This document shows positions 8,688-19,054 of a DNA stretch of 64,000 nt, one piece after another. Source of the DNA: an uncultured Chlamydiae bacterium (GTDB taxonomy: Bacteria > Chlamydiota > Chlamydiia > Chlamydiales > Parachlamydiaceae); NCBI GenBank assembly GCA_963754655.1, contig CAVWGN010000001.1, forward strand, positions 960,001-1,024,000, read 5' to 3'. The position numbers and the translations under genes are program-made. The notes beneath the pieces were generated by a model. It did not search any database, was not told where the DNA came from, and saw only the letters and a program-made list of their open reading frames with translations. Each line of letters begins with the position of its first letter. The stretch's first letter is position 1.

Positions 8688-9929
8688 ATGTTAGATGAAT
8701 CCACAGCTCATTTACATGAAATAATAGACGATGCTACCAGATTGATGACTGTATATTTTAAAACGACTGTCAGTTTTTCTAAAGTTATTCAACTTAGCGA
8801 GCCCGATAGACGCAATGTGATTTTGAGGCTGCTGATTGATAATCCCCAAAGAGGCATGCCCCAAACTATAATTTTGAAACAGACAGCTACTGAAACAAAC
8901 AAATTTGATACTGCTAAAAGTGAAACAGAAATAGAAAAGCTTAGCAGGTTTGCCCACGATTGGGCAGGGATTGAGTTTTTGACAGAAATAGGGACCGATC
9001 ATGCCCCACATTTTTATGCTGGCAGTTTGGAGCATAAATTCATACTCATTGAAGATTTAGGTCTCTCGCATCCAAGTCTTGTGGGACCACTGACTCGCTC
9101 GCCTTCCATTGTAAATGTTCAAGAGGCAGAGTCCGCTTTAATAACCTATATACGTCGCATCGGTAAAATGCAGGTAGACACCTTAGGGAAATCCGCTCAG
9201 TTCACTTCCATTTTAAATAGAGTTTACCCCCAAGCCCTACGCTTTAATTTTCTTTCAGAAGTTGACGCCTCGGATACGCTTAATCGATTTAAATTATTGA
9301 TAGGTCAGGAATCGAAGGAATTAAGTCAGGAAATCCACAGAGTTCTTGAGTTCTCTAAATCTGATGGTGATTTTCATGTTCTTCTACATGGCGATATTTG
9401 CCCTGATAACGTTTACTACCAAGGCGATGAAATTAAGCTGATCGACTTTGAATTTGGTGATTTTGGAAATGCGCTAATTGATGCTGTGTATTTGCGCATG
9501 AACATGCCGAGTTGCTGGTGTTCCAAAGCTGTGCCAGAAACGGTGCTTTATAAAGTGGAATCTGCTTATAGAGAAGAATTAAAGAAAGGAATTCCAGAAG
9601 CAAACGATAATGCTGCTTATGACAAATGTTTAACTTACGCTTGCGCCTATTGGTTAATTAGGACGATAAGCACAATGGATGTAGACCGTGAATGGATTTG
9701 TTCAAGTGGACCTGTAGATTCTGATTCTCAGTGGGATCCTAAGGAAAATGGATTTAGACCAAGAATATTATCGAGGCTCAAAGCTTTTATAGATTGTTCG
9801 AGAAATACAGGTCATCTCTCTAAATTTTGTGAAGCTTCAATCTTACTATTATCACATTTTAAAAAAGTCTGGCCAGAATCTCGATATATTGATGTTTTTC
9901 CAGTTTTTAAGGAGCAAAATAATGAATAG
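8688..9929 (+). CDS. APH/choline kinase-like phosphotransferase
   Basis: ILIEDLG, LLHGDICPDNV, LIDFEFG. Confidence 0.8.
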   Translation: MLDESTAHLHEIIDDATRLMTVYFKTTVSFSKVIQLSEPDRRNVILRLLIDNPQRGMPQTIILKQTATETNKFDTAKSETEIEKLSRFAHDWAGIEFLTEIGTDHAPHFYAGSLEHKFILIEDLGLSHPSLVGPLTRSPSIVNVQEAESALITYIRRIGKMQVDTLGKSAQFTSILNRVYPQALRFNFLSEVDASDTLNRFKLLIGQESKELSQEIHRVLEFSKSDGDFHVLLHGDICPDNVYYQGDEIKLIDFEFGDFGNALIDAVYLRMNMPSCWCSKAVPETVLYKVESAYREELKKGIPEANDNAAYDKCLTYACAYWLIRTISTMDVDREWICSSGPVDSDSQWDPKENGFRPRILSRLKAFIDCSRNTGHLSKFCEASILLLSHFKKVWPESRYIDVFPVFKEQNNE

Positions 9930-10218
9930 CAAAAGACAGATCGCTTTAGTTACAGGCGCCTCATCAGGCATTGGGGAAGCGATTTCTAAGGAACTCAGTA
10001 AACGTGGCTGGTTGGTAATTGGTATTGCCCGATCACCTGATAAGCTTTCCCAGCTTAAAGAAGAATTAAAAGATGCTTTCATTCCTATAGTCTGTGATGT
10101 GTCTAAAAAGGAAAGCATCGAAGAGGCTTCTCAAAAAATCTTGGTACAGCAATTTTGTCCCTCTCTGTTTTTTTAATGCTGGCATAGCTGGAGAAGCTGT
10201 TATCGAGAATCCTAATTA
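9922..10218 (+). pseudogene. Short-chain dehydrogenase, truncated/frameshifted
   Basis: IALVTGASSGIG Rossmann motif; frameshift before NAG and a stop soon after. Confidence 0.8.
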
Positions 10219-10229
10219 GTTCGATCTCA

Positions 10230-10800
10230 AAATCCATGCACTAATAGACTCCAAAGTTCCTACACCTCATCTGATTTATGCAGATGAAAACCATCGTCCC
10301 TTTGCTTATGCAATTTTTCAGTTGATAGAGGGCAAGCATATCTCTGAAGTCTCATCAGAACTAAAAAAACCCACTGTCATATGAGCTAGGTTCAGTACTT
10401 GCTTCAATTCATAGATTTAAATTTCAAAAGGCTGGGTTATTGGAGATGGAATCACAATAGCACAACCTTTTGAAGCTAGCTCACGTCCTTATTCTGAAGA
10501 GGCTTTCAGAGTATTATCGACTGGTCAATTTGTCCGAAGTCGGTTAGGCGATAAGCTCTCTAACGAAATGCTTGACTTCATGCTACAAAACAAAATTTTT
10601 TTTCCTCGGTGGATGAGAATATATGTCTCACTCATTCAGATTTCAAGCCCGTCAATTTACTTTACAAAACAGGTAACGTGCTCGTGTTAGATTGGGAGTT
10701 CGCTCATGCAGGTATTGGAATACTTGATTTTGCGATTTTACTACGTCATCGAGATCAATTCCCTTTTGACTCCAAATCTTTAGTTAAAGGGTATTCTGAA
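10230..10800 (+). pseudogene. Fragmented APH-family phosphotransferase
   Basis: Stitched frames: KVPTPHLIYADE...ELGSVLASIHRF...CLTHSDFKPVNLL..VLDWEFAHAG. Confidence 0.65.
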
Positions 10801-11260
10801 ACTCGCGTAAATGCATGTCATCCCAACATGTAGTGTTTTCTAGTAGATGGACAACACGCACTGGATCGCTCACTTCCCACTTATTGTCAAACCACACCTC
10901 CGGTGCTAGTTTTTGCAAGGGATCTTCAAGTGAGAGCTTGCCTTCATTGGCTAGCAGGACTGCGAGGGAAACAAATCCCTTAGAAACCGACCCTATGCGG
11001 AATAGTGTTGCTGCGGTTACAATCCGATCATTGGCTAAATCAACCTTGCCTAGACCAGCTATCCACTCGGGATTATCTCGATTCACAATTGCAATGGACA
11101 TACCTGGTATGTGCATATCTTGAAGTACATGTTCAAGTTGCCTTTGCAATTCTTCGATAGACTGAGCCGGCTTTTTATTTTCAGTGATATTTTGAGAGGA
11201 GCATGAGATTCCAAGAAAAGCTAAAATAGCTATTAAAATCAGAGATTTTATGCATGGCAT
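10784..11260 (-). pseudogene. Serine hydrolase/beta-lactamase-like lipoprotein, C-terminally truncated
   Basis: Lipoprotein-like signal (LGISC), IPGMSIAIV, FRIGSVSK (SxxK); only 158 aa. Confidence 0.75.
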
Positions 11261-11311
11261 ATTAAATACTTCTTATTTACTTACGTCTTTCATATTTTTT
11301 AAACCAATTTT

Positions 11312-12277
11312 TTATTCACGATATAGTTTGTAATATTTCTCATAGCCTATGCCTGGAGGTGGTTGTTGCTTTGCTCTCTTTGACAAAAAGAAATCAGCGA
11401 GCACTTTATTTTCTTGCATGACCGCAATTTGAAAAGGCGTCAAACCGCTTTTATCTTTGGTGTCAACATCTGCCCCAAAATTTACTAAAAGTTTAACGAT
11501 CTCTTCTAAACCAGCTTTAACAGATAGTTGTAGAGCTCTATGCCCATTTGAAGTTTGATCATTCGGGCTACATCCACTTCTTAATAAAGCTTTCACTATA
11601 GCGAGTCCTTTTTCTCCACTTATGTGTGTTCGGTAGAAGCTATTTCTAATCAGCTCACTAAGATTCGGATTGCTCGCTCCTAGCTTTTTCATAAAATCAA
11701 CCAAAGGCACATAATCACCTCTGTCAGCACTGTTAAGCGTTTTAATATAGTCTTTGCGTACAATACCTTCTTGATTCAAATGACTCGGCCATACGGGATG
11801 TTGACATCTGAAAGCCAAAAGAAAACGGTCGGCGATTAAGCGCGAAAAGCGACCATTACCATTCTCAAAAGGATGAATAAAAACTAAGCGGTGATGTATT
11901 CTTGCAGCCATTTCTACAAAAGTAAGCTCAACAGGGTATTCCGACCAAGAGGAAACTTCTAGGCAAAGCTCTGCAAGCTGTATAGGTATTAAGCTGGCAT
12001 TGATACCTATAGATGTTATAGATTTTCTGTATACTCCTGCCCATTCCCACACATCTCCAAACATAGCTTGATGGATAGCTTTAAGTTCTTTCACTTGAAA
12101 CCAGGTTTGGGGATCGCCAATTCTTCCTTGGAGGTATTTTCTTTGTGCATTGAGTATATTTTCTGCTTCCACGCGATTGAGATCATGTAGATGATGAACC
12201 CAAACAGGGATGAGCCCGCTGCAATCACCTATGGGAGTAGCGCCTTCTGGAAATTCAAAACGCTCAGGCATTTTCAT
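11312..12277 (-). CDS. Mobile mystery protein B (Fic domain) with C-terminal ankyrin repeats
   Basis: PEGATP..D..GL N-terminus, MFGDVWEWAG.YR, HPFENGNGRFSR Fic motif; C-terminal GHRALQLSVKAG...GADVDTKDKSGLTPFQIAV ankyrin repeats. Confidence 0.88.
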   Translation of the reverse strand: MKMPERFEFPEGATPIGDCSGLIPVWVHHLHDLNRVEAENILNAQRKYLQGRIGDPQTWFQVKELKAIHQAMFGDVWEWAGVYRKSITSIGINASLIPIQLAELCLEVSSWSEYPVELTFVEMAARIHHRLVFIHPFENGNGRFSRLIADRFLLAFRCQHPVWPSHLNQEGIVRKDYIKTLNSADRGDYVPLVDFMKKLGASNPNLSELIRNSFYRTHISGEKGLAIVKALLRSGCSPNDQTSNGHRALQLSVKAGLEEIVKLLVNFGADVDTKDKSGLTPFQIAVMQENKVLADFFLSKRAKQQPPPGIGYEKYYKLYRE

Positions 12278-12731
12278 CCCATAATTTAGAATTTGGTCCT
12301 TGCAGGAGTCGTTCTTCTTCTTGCTTTATTAATTCTGAAATAAATCTAGGATCAGGCTGTTGGTCTTCTAAGTTCATCGTTCCTTCGAGATAACGAACTT
12401 GTTTTTCAGCCATTATTCTGGCTTGCTTACGCCGAATAGCATCTATTGAATCTTGTAGAAGTGGAACAATGACAAGGTCGCATGAAATTGCGCTTAAAAT
12501 TTTATTCAAGGTTGAAAGATTAGCATCTCTTTCTTCTTGCTCAATACGTGAGATTGTAGATTGGGGAACTCCGGCTCGTTTTGCCAAGGCTTTTTGCGAC
12601 ATCCCTAATTGTACACGAATAGATTTAATGAGAGCTCCAATCGTAAGACCTCTAACTGCTACTCTTGTTTTTTGAGCGGCTTGCATGATCTCTTCAATAA
12701 GAAGCTTTTCCGAGGGCGAAAATGATTTCAT
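12264..12731 (-). CDS. Mobile mystery protein A (XRE HTH)
   Basis: IRVQLGMSQKALAKRAGVPQSTISRIE; TMNLEDQ and LWD C-terminal signature; overlaps protein B. Confidence 0.85.
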   Translation of the reverse strand: MKSFSPSEKLLIEEIMQAAQKTRVAVRGLTIGALIKSIRVQLGMSQKALAKRAGVPQSTISRIEQEERDANLSTLNKILSAISCDLVIVPLLQDSIDAIRRKQARIMAEKQVRYLEGTMNLEDQQPDPRFISELIKQEEERLLQGPNSKLWDENA

Positions 12732-12913
12732 AAGTTTACCTCACAACTTAATGATAGCATATACGACATAATTTCCAATAGAAAATATGCCAATTTAACA
12801 TAGAAAAACATGTAGAATATATCATAAAAGCTGTATATTACGAGATAGAGAGCTGATTTTGGAAGGAATTCATTTCAGGCTGATAGAATTTTTCTTAATG
12901 CAAGTAATAAAAT

Positions 12914-13335
12914 CCCACATTCCTAGACCAGGAAGATAAGTTTTTTGAATTAGATAAGAGCTCTGTCGTTAGGCCTGAAGGGCCGTCATGTTACAGCCCA
13001 GGTCGCAGCGAAGCGGAGGCCTGGGTAAAATAAAAAAGAATCGAGTCCTGAAAGGACGGCATACTCAAAGGAGTGATTTCGCTTCGCAAGAGAATGGAGG
13101 ATTTTCTATCTCTACATTAGCTCTAGAAGGAGAAAAAAATATCTTGCTTCTCAAAAAGAACACCAAATATTTGTGGGATTAATTTATGCCGTCCTTTCAG
13201 GACTCGATTCTTTTTTTATTTTACCCAGGCCTTCGCTTCGCTTCGACCTGGGCTGTAACATGACGGCCCTTCAGGCCTAACGACAGAGCTCGTAACTAAT
13301 TCAAAAAACTTATTCTCCTGGTCTAGGAATGTGGG
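12914..13335. mobile_element. Palindromic element family A copy 2 with 6-bp direct repeat TAAAAT
   Basis: Same 422 bp as 405-826 (3 substitutions seen); TAAAAT immediately on both sides. Confidence 0.9.
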
Positions 13336-13460
13336 TAAAATGTAAGGAAATTTCATGAAAAATGGAGTAACACTAACTAGACGGCAGTTGCACGTTTTAC
13401 CGCATGAAGCTTATGTAATTGGCAAAATTTCCATCAAACAATACAGCTTGGGATTTTTTT

Positions 13461-14501
13461 CTACAAAATTTGAGATGATTTTTCTACAGTTGACTCCCAA
13501 AAAAGGTCAGGGCGTGATAGAGTCTTTGCAGCTTCATTATGAATAGTTTTAATTCTTTCGTATTGATCTGGCGCAATTATTTGTAGAGTCCCTAAAGTTT
13601 CTTGATTTTTTTCATTTCTCAACCACTTAGCAGCAATTATTGCATCTTGTTTAACACCATCACGATAGTAAAACTCAATTTCATCTGCATGTTTAAGAAA
13701 AGTATCGTTTATGCGTTGTGGAAGTAATAAACCTTTTTCTATTACGTCCTGTTCTGTGGTTTGAACAAAGGTTTTATCCCTTTCTTGAATAGAACCCCAT
13801 CTAACGTCATCGGGAGCTGAAACGTATATAAGTCTAATGAGGTATCCTTGCGCTTTTAAGAACTCGAAAAAATTACCAGTAGCTGGACCTGAAGATGTTG
13901 TTCCAAAATAAAAGGCACATTTTTCTCGAATAAGGTTTCCTAGAATTAAATGAGTTGCAGCGTTTGAACCTGGTCTCCATTTATTATAAGCATTCTGACG
14001 GACAAGTTTTGAGCTATCACTGCTCTCTATCTCAGCTTTATATGTCCTGGTCTGGTTTTTTAAACAAACATCATCTGGGCAAATGTAAGCGTAATGCTTT
14101 CCTTGAAGGGCATTAATTTCAAGATCTTGTCTTAATTTAGTAGTTTTCCCTGCACCAGGCGCTCCAGCTGTCATAATAGCTATATTTTCTTTAGCAGGGT
14201 TTGCTGAAATGATCTGTTGATATAATTCATTAATATCTTCACGCAGTTTTTCCGACTCTTCAAATGTATAGTTCTCAGAATTGTCAAAGGCTTTTCCTGA
14301 AAGGAAACCTTCCAGCACATTTTGAGGCAAAGAGTACTGATAGTGTGAATTGTATATGAGATCTAAATTACATACGTTATGTGTGACAAGGCTTGACATG
14401 GCCACCTCCTGCAATTGCTCTTTGGCCTTTAAAGTGCTATCAAGCATAAAGAAAGAGGCTATAGAAGCAATGATAAAATTTGATAAGTTTTGCTTGTTCA
14501 T
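13461..14501 (-). CDS. Zeta-toxin-like P-loop kinase domain protein
   Basis: IMTAGAPGAGKTT, YICPDD, FGTTSS, IYVSAPDDVRW.SIQERD pattern; start codon uncertain. Confidence 0.65.
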   Translation of the reverse strand: MNKQNLSNFIIASIASFFMLDSTLKAKEQLQEVAMSSLVTHNVCNLDLIYNSHYQYSLPQNVLEGFLSGKAFDNSENYTFEESEKLREDINELYQQIISANPAKENIAIMTAGAPGAGKTTKLRQDLEINALQGKHYAYICPDDVCLKNQTRTYKAEIESSDSSKLVRQNAYNKWRPGSNAATHLILGNLIREKCAFYFGTTSSGPATGNFFEFLKAQGYLIRLIYVSAPDDVRWGSIQERDKTFVQTTEQDVIEKGLLLPQRINDTFLKHADEIEFYYRDGVKQDAIIAAKWLRNEKNQETLGTLQIIAPDQYERIKTIHNEAAKTLSRPDLFWESTVEKSSQIL

Positions 14502-14609
14502 AATAAGGACTATAAAGCAAAAAAAATGTACGCTCAAGGGAAAAAGCAGTGCGGTGCACTAACGGTGCAATAACTCCACTTAAGACGACCGGCATCTTTT
14601 TTGAGAGGT

Positions 14610-15452
14610 TTAGCAGCGGCTCAAAGGAGAAATCATAAAAGGGTTAGAGGTTTGCCATTCTCCATGAATTAGAAGATGACTTTTGTCGTAAAGATAAGCT
14701 TGAGGAGTAGCTTCATCGGTAAAGTGATCTGGAGAGAAGTAAAAATAAATATCTTTGATCTCTGCTGGTAAATGCTCAAGAATGGTGTTGAGAGAAGGAA
14801 TCTTGCTAGCAACGACATCCAAAAGATGCAGCGTTTTGTCTTCAAGTAAATAAGAAATCAATCCATCTATTGTTGGGCTGTAATGGACTGACCAATACGA
14901 TGGGTAAGTAGCAAATAAAGTATTAAATGAGGCGATTAAACCATAATCCTTTATCCACAGACGATTGGAGACAGGTTCTCGCTCATAAAAACAGCGTAAA
15001 AAAAGATTATTATCTTGAGGGGCTATAAGAGGTCTCAATAGTTTTGTTCCTTTCGGATGCGGATAAGAAAGATGAAAGCGGTATTCCTGGATTCGCTGAA
15101 AGGAAAGCTTTTCATAGAAAGCAGATATTTCGGTGAATAGAAATACTGTTTCACACCGTCCTTTTGCCCATTGAAGCGCTTCTTGAATCAATGCCGTTGC
15201 AAGACCCTGTCCTTGATAAGTGGATTTTGTGCAGATGCCATGCAAAGCACCCATGTTATGCCACTGACCCTCTACTAGCATAGGACATTCTAGTAGAGCA
15301 ACGTGAGATAGAACTTCTCCTTTTTCTTCCTTGTTAAAAAGCTTGCTTGCTTCCCAGGTAAACCCAAGCGCTTCGCAACGCACAATATTTTCCTTAATGC
15401 CAGGAAATGATTCTTCGAGTAAATTGACGTAAGATTTCTGGTTTTTTTTCAT
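14610..15452 (-). CDS. GNAT acetyltransferase (two-domain, Eis-like size)
   Basis: ICTKSTYQGQGLATALI acetyl-CoA motif, AFYEKLSF. Confidence 0.8.
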   Translation of the reverse strand: MKKNQKSYVNLLEESFPGIKENIVRCEALGFTWEASKLFNKEEKGEVLSHVALLECPMLVEGQWHNMGALHGICTKSTYQGQGLATALIQEALQWAKGRCETVFLFTEISAFYEKLSFQRIQEYRFHLSYPHPKGTKLLRPLIAPQDNNLFLRCFYEREPVSNRLWIKDYGLIASFNTLFATYPSYWSVHYSPTIDGLISYLLEDKTLHLLDVVASKIPSLNTILEHLPAEIKDIYFYFSPDHFTDEATPQAYLYDKSHLLIHGEWQTSNPFMISPLSRC

Positions 15453-15561
15453 GCGCTATCTTAAAGTTGGTTTTTCAGTCATTCAAATGATTGATTAATG
15501 ATATCGGGTCTTTTGCGTACATAAGGATCCATGTCCTCAACTCGTAGATATGTCACATTTA

Positions 15562-15681
15562 CACCGCCATGGGTGCTGGTCCAGTCAGCCTTTTCATAAC
15601 TTCGCCAGTCATGGAGCTGATGCTTTTAGAATTCTCGCTGTAGGCATAGGAAGGCTCGAAAGTAAAGGTGTATCTGCCTAA
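15562..15681 (+). pseudogene. Phage terminase large-subunit C-terminal remnant
   Basis: Translates HRHGCWSSQPFHNFASHGADAFRILAVGIG, matching the H-x-x-x-S-H-G-A-D-A-F-R nuclease-end motif. Confidence 0.6.
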
Positions 15682-16121
15682 GAGTGCGGCGGTTAAGAGC
15701 AAAATATGTTATCTAATATGCTAATAAAAACGCAACTGTTAGAATTAGTTTAGCATATAGAGAAATGCACTCATTTTATAAGAAATCGGCTAACTATTCC
15801 TGGAAACAGTTTCTTCTATCCTTTGCAAGCATTTAGCAAGAATTTCGCTTACATCTTTCATACTTCTTTTGCTACCAAGACCTTGTTTTTCTAGTTTTTC
15901 TTATGTACACTGTTCTTATGTTAAAAAATAGCAAACATAATATTTAAAAAAGGAAAAGGGGAGTCGCTAATTAAATGCTAATTTTAACGGGCCACACAGC
16001 AGCAGGCAAAAATACGATTGGGCATTTGCTTGCTAAGCAAGGGAAATGAAAATTCATTCGACAGTGGTTTTTCAGCGGCCTTTGATCAGATATGTATAGG
16101 TTTTTGCGAACTGTTTCTAAC

Positions 16122-16202
16122 CCCATCCAACTCATAACTTTGCTAGTCATGGAGCTGATGCTTTTAGGATGTTGGCCGTAGGAATCGGCAAGTTCGGAAA
16201 AA
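16122..16202 (+). pseudogene. Second terminase large-subunit C-terminal remnant
   Basis: Translates HPTHNFASHGADAFRMLAVGIGK; diverged from the first copy mostly at synonymous sites. Confidence 0.55.
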
Positions 16203-16276
16203 AATCTTGCATTAAGTAAGATAATCAAATATTTTCTTCTTTCAATGGTTAATGTTACACAACTTAGGAGGATATT

Positions 16277-16687
16277 ATGATTTCTGTTAGCGGTACGACA
16301 GGGGTAACTTGTCAAGATAATCTATGGCCACCCAGGCAATGTCTCAAACCTGAAATAATTACAGAAAAAAAATGGACAACAGAATATGAAGGATACAGCT
16401 CAGGTAAGCAATTGACTTGGAATAGTTCGATTCTGTCAATACCTTTGCAATATGGCGGAGGATGTCAACATCCATTTAAAATATATATTTTAGATAATTC
16501 AAATGACCAAAAGTCTTTTGTACTTCTTCTGGAAGACCAAATAAAAGACGATGACCGAGAAGCACTTATTCACAGCATTATTAATGTTGATTTAAAAGAC
16601 TATGCCAAACCAGGCACAATATTTAAAGTAATGATGTTAGGTTGGGGTAATTCAGCAAATAAAGTGGGTGAATCAATTTTTAGTTAG
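16277..16687 (+). CDS. Hypothetical protein
   Basis: Strong RBS (AGGAGG) upstream; 136-aa ORF with YGGGC.HPF motif; family not recognised. Confidence 0.55.
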   Translation: MISVSGTTGVTCQDNLWPPRQCLKPEIITEKKWTTEYEGYSSGKQLTWNSSILSIPLQYGGGCQHPFKIYILDNSNDQKSFVLLLEDQIKDDDREALIHSIINVDLKDYAKPGTIFKVMMLGWGNSANKVGESIFS

Positions 16688-16877
16688 TGGACTCATTTAA
16701 TTTATATTCATCGTAAAACATAGCCTTTATAATGGAATATAAATTATTCTTCTTTTTGTGGTGCACTGATGGTGCAACGACGAACCTATTGCACCATCAA
16801 GATCCAATAAAATTCAGTTGCTTGAAATAAGGCTTTTAAAGGTAGAACGTTCAACTAATGACCGTCGCTATTTGATA

Positions 16878-16934
16878 AACTTGTGACAAACCCATGTCGC
16901 AACTTATGACAAACTTGCGACACAACTTATGACA
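16878..16934. repeat. Four 11-bp direct repeats AACTTRYGACA
   Basis: Copies at 16878, 16901, 16912, 16924. Confidence 0.75.
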
Positions 16935-17044
16935 GTTAAATCGTATTAAGTTTGTTTATTAATACCGAACGAAACAAAATGGCTTCTCTTTTTTCAAACT
17001 GTTCAATTGGAGTCCATTCCACCCAGTGAGTACTCCCTCTTTTG

Positions 17045-17212
17045 ACATCCTTACACAAAAATCGATTTCGTCATGCAAGAGCTTTAAATTCATCGTAATA
17101 CAGCCATAAAATATCTTGAAGAATTAGTGCGAATTGGGCTACTAACCAAGCATAAAATAGGTAAGAAAATTTTTACCTTAATACAGCTCTATATGATCTT
17201 TTAGGAAATTCT
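17045..17212 (+). pseudogene. C-terminal HTH fragment of a Fic-family protein
   Basis: HPYTKIDFVMQEL*IHRNTAIKYLEELVRIGLLTKHKIGK..YLNTALYDLL. Confidence 0.55.
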
Positions 17213-17306
17213 AGTTCGATCCTCTGAAAAAAATTTGGTAGACAAATTATGTACGTATACGTACAATCGCATCAAACAATGTTATTTCAACTTAAAGGAG
17301 ATATTT

Positions 17307-17678
17307 ATGTTAGCCGCCAATTTAGGCTTTGTTTTACTCTTTGTAACTAATCCCCAAAAAAGCAGCCTTTTCTACCAACAAATTTTTGAAATTCAACCAA
17401 TCGAAGAGTCTTCTACATTTGTCATGTTTGCATTGAAAAATGGTGTAATGTTAGGTCTTTGGTCTAAATATACAGCAGAACCTCGTGTAGAAGCTTCACC
17501 TGGCGCACTGGAGATATGTTTTCCCGCTAGTGATGTTGATACTCTTTATAAAAATTGGGGTAAAAAACATGTCACAATTGCTCAAAAACCTACCGATATG
17601 GATTTTGGACGCACTTTTGTTGCATTAGATCCTGATGGACATAGAATTAGAATTTATCATTTAAACGAGGTAAGCTAA
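17307..17678 (+). CDS. VOC/glyoxalase family drug-binding protein (EhpR-like)
   Basis: RBS AAGGAG before ATG 17307; LLFVTNPQKS..FY, MDFGRTFVALDPDGHRIR. Confidence 0.85.
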   Translation: MLAANLGFVLLFVTNPQKSSLFYQQIFEIQPIEESSTFVMFALKNGVMLGLWSKYTAEPRVEASPGALEICFPASDVDTLYKNWGKKHVTIAQKPTDMDFGRTFVALDPDGHRIRIYHLNEVS

Positions 17679-18096
17679 TGCATTGGCTAGCTGTTGCAAG
17701 TCGAGAACATGTGAAGAGAGGAATTGCTGGCGGATTTGCTCAAGTTTGTCATGGAAAACCAGGGCCATTAAAGCAGATGTCCCAGGCGATTGGCCTGTTT
17801 ACTATTCTCCAACTGAACTTTTTGGTGAAAAAATACCTTGTTGCAAGTTTACTGCAATCGGTTTTGTTAAGCCAAGAGAACCGTATCAATTTCAAATAAG
17901 TTCTGATTTTATACCATGGCGAAGAGATATTGAATTTATGGAATCCAACGAAACTTCAAGTTTGCCTTTAATCGATAGTCTTTCGTTTATTCAAAATAAA
18001 CAAAGATGGGGATTTACTTTTCGACATGGTTGTTTCAGTATTTCTTCAAATGATTTTCAAATAATTGCCTCTAGTATGGAGATTATGGTACAATGA
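17678..18096 (+). pseudogene. EVE domain protein, frameshifted near 17785
   Basis: WLAVASREHVKRG..GGFAQVCHGK continues in another frame as GDW.VYYSP...FTAIG...F.PWRR. Confidence 0.8.
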
Positions 18097-18569
18097 CACC
18101 GTCTATTAATTTTAATGAAATGAGTATTCATTCTTCAGCTGAGGAAAGTCCAGGATTTTTACTATGGCGAGTGAGCACGCTATGGCGTAAATCAATTGAA
18201 GCAGTTTTGAAGCCAATTGGACTTACACATCCGCAATTTGTTGTTCTTGCAACTACAGCTTGGCTGACAAGAAATGGTGATAAAGTAAGTCAAATTGCCA
18301 TTGGAAAACAAGCAGCTTTAGATCCTAATACTCTTTCACAAATACTGAGGGGATTACAGACTAAAGGGCTTATAGAACGATCTCATGTTAGCGAAAGATC
18401 TAAATACCCTATACTTACATCTATAGGTGTTGAAAGTTTGACAAAAGCGATGAGAGCTGTAGAGAGTGCAGATGCAGCTTTTTTTGCATCTGTTGATATA
18501 GGAGAATCAAAAATTCTTAAAACCTTACAGATTCTTGCTCATACTGAATCTTTAAAAAATAAAAAATAA
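18093..18569 (+). CDS. MarR-family regulator
   Basis: ESPGFLLWRV...LTHPQFVVL...SQILRGLQTKGLIER. Confidence 0.88.
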   Translation: MTPSINFNEMSIHSSAEESPGFLLWRVSTLWRKSIEAVLKPIGLTHPQFVVLATTAWLTRNGDKVSQIAIGKQAALDPNTLSQILRGLQTKGLIERSHVSERSKYPILTSIGVESLTKAMRAVESADAAFFASVDIGESKILKTLQILAHTESLKNKK

Positions 18570-19054
18570 TGATCATGAAAAAATTAGTTTCAAAACTAGA
18601 AGTTCACCAAACTTTACCTGAAGGCTTTGTTCCTCAAGTTCAGGTTGCTGCTTGTTATATCGAAATAAACAACCAGCTTCTTTTTTTGCAAAGATCCCAA
18701 GAAAAATTAGAAGGTGGCAAGTGGGGTGTGCCAGCAGGTAAGCTCGAAGATAGTGAATCTCCAGAAAATGCTGCAAAAAGAGAGTTATTTGAGGAAACTG
18801 GTATTTCTTTAGAAGATGCGCAAATCCAACGTTTGAATGCATTGTACATACGCAAGCCTGAAGTTGATTATATTTACCATCCCTTTAAAATTCACTTAGA
18901 CCAGATACCTGAGATTTGTTTGTCTGATGAACATCAAAGTTATATATGGGCTAACTCAAGGAATATTGAAAACATAGCTTTAATGGATGGCGCAAAAGAA
19001 GCTTTACAGCATTATCGGGCTATGGTCATAAAAAAAGAATGGGAACCAGTGTGA
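18569..19054 (+). CDS. NUDIX hydrolase
   Basis: Nudix box GKLEDSESPENAAKRELFEETGI. Confidence 0.88.
   Translation: MIMKKLVSKLEVHQTLPEGFVPQVQVAACYIEINNQLLFLQRSQEKLEGGKWGVPAGKLEDSESPENAAKRELFEETGISLEDAQIQRLNALYIRKPEVDYIYHPFKIHLDQIPEICLSDEHQSYIWANSRNIENIALMDGAKEALQHYRAMVIKKEWEPV

Noticed and set aside
405..13335. Composite transposon bounded by the two A copies
   Set aside because: The outer flanks do not match (TTCAAT vs TAAAAT) and copy 2 has its own duplication.
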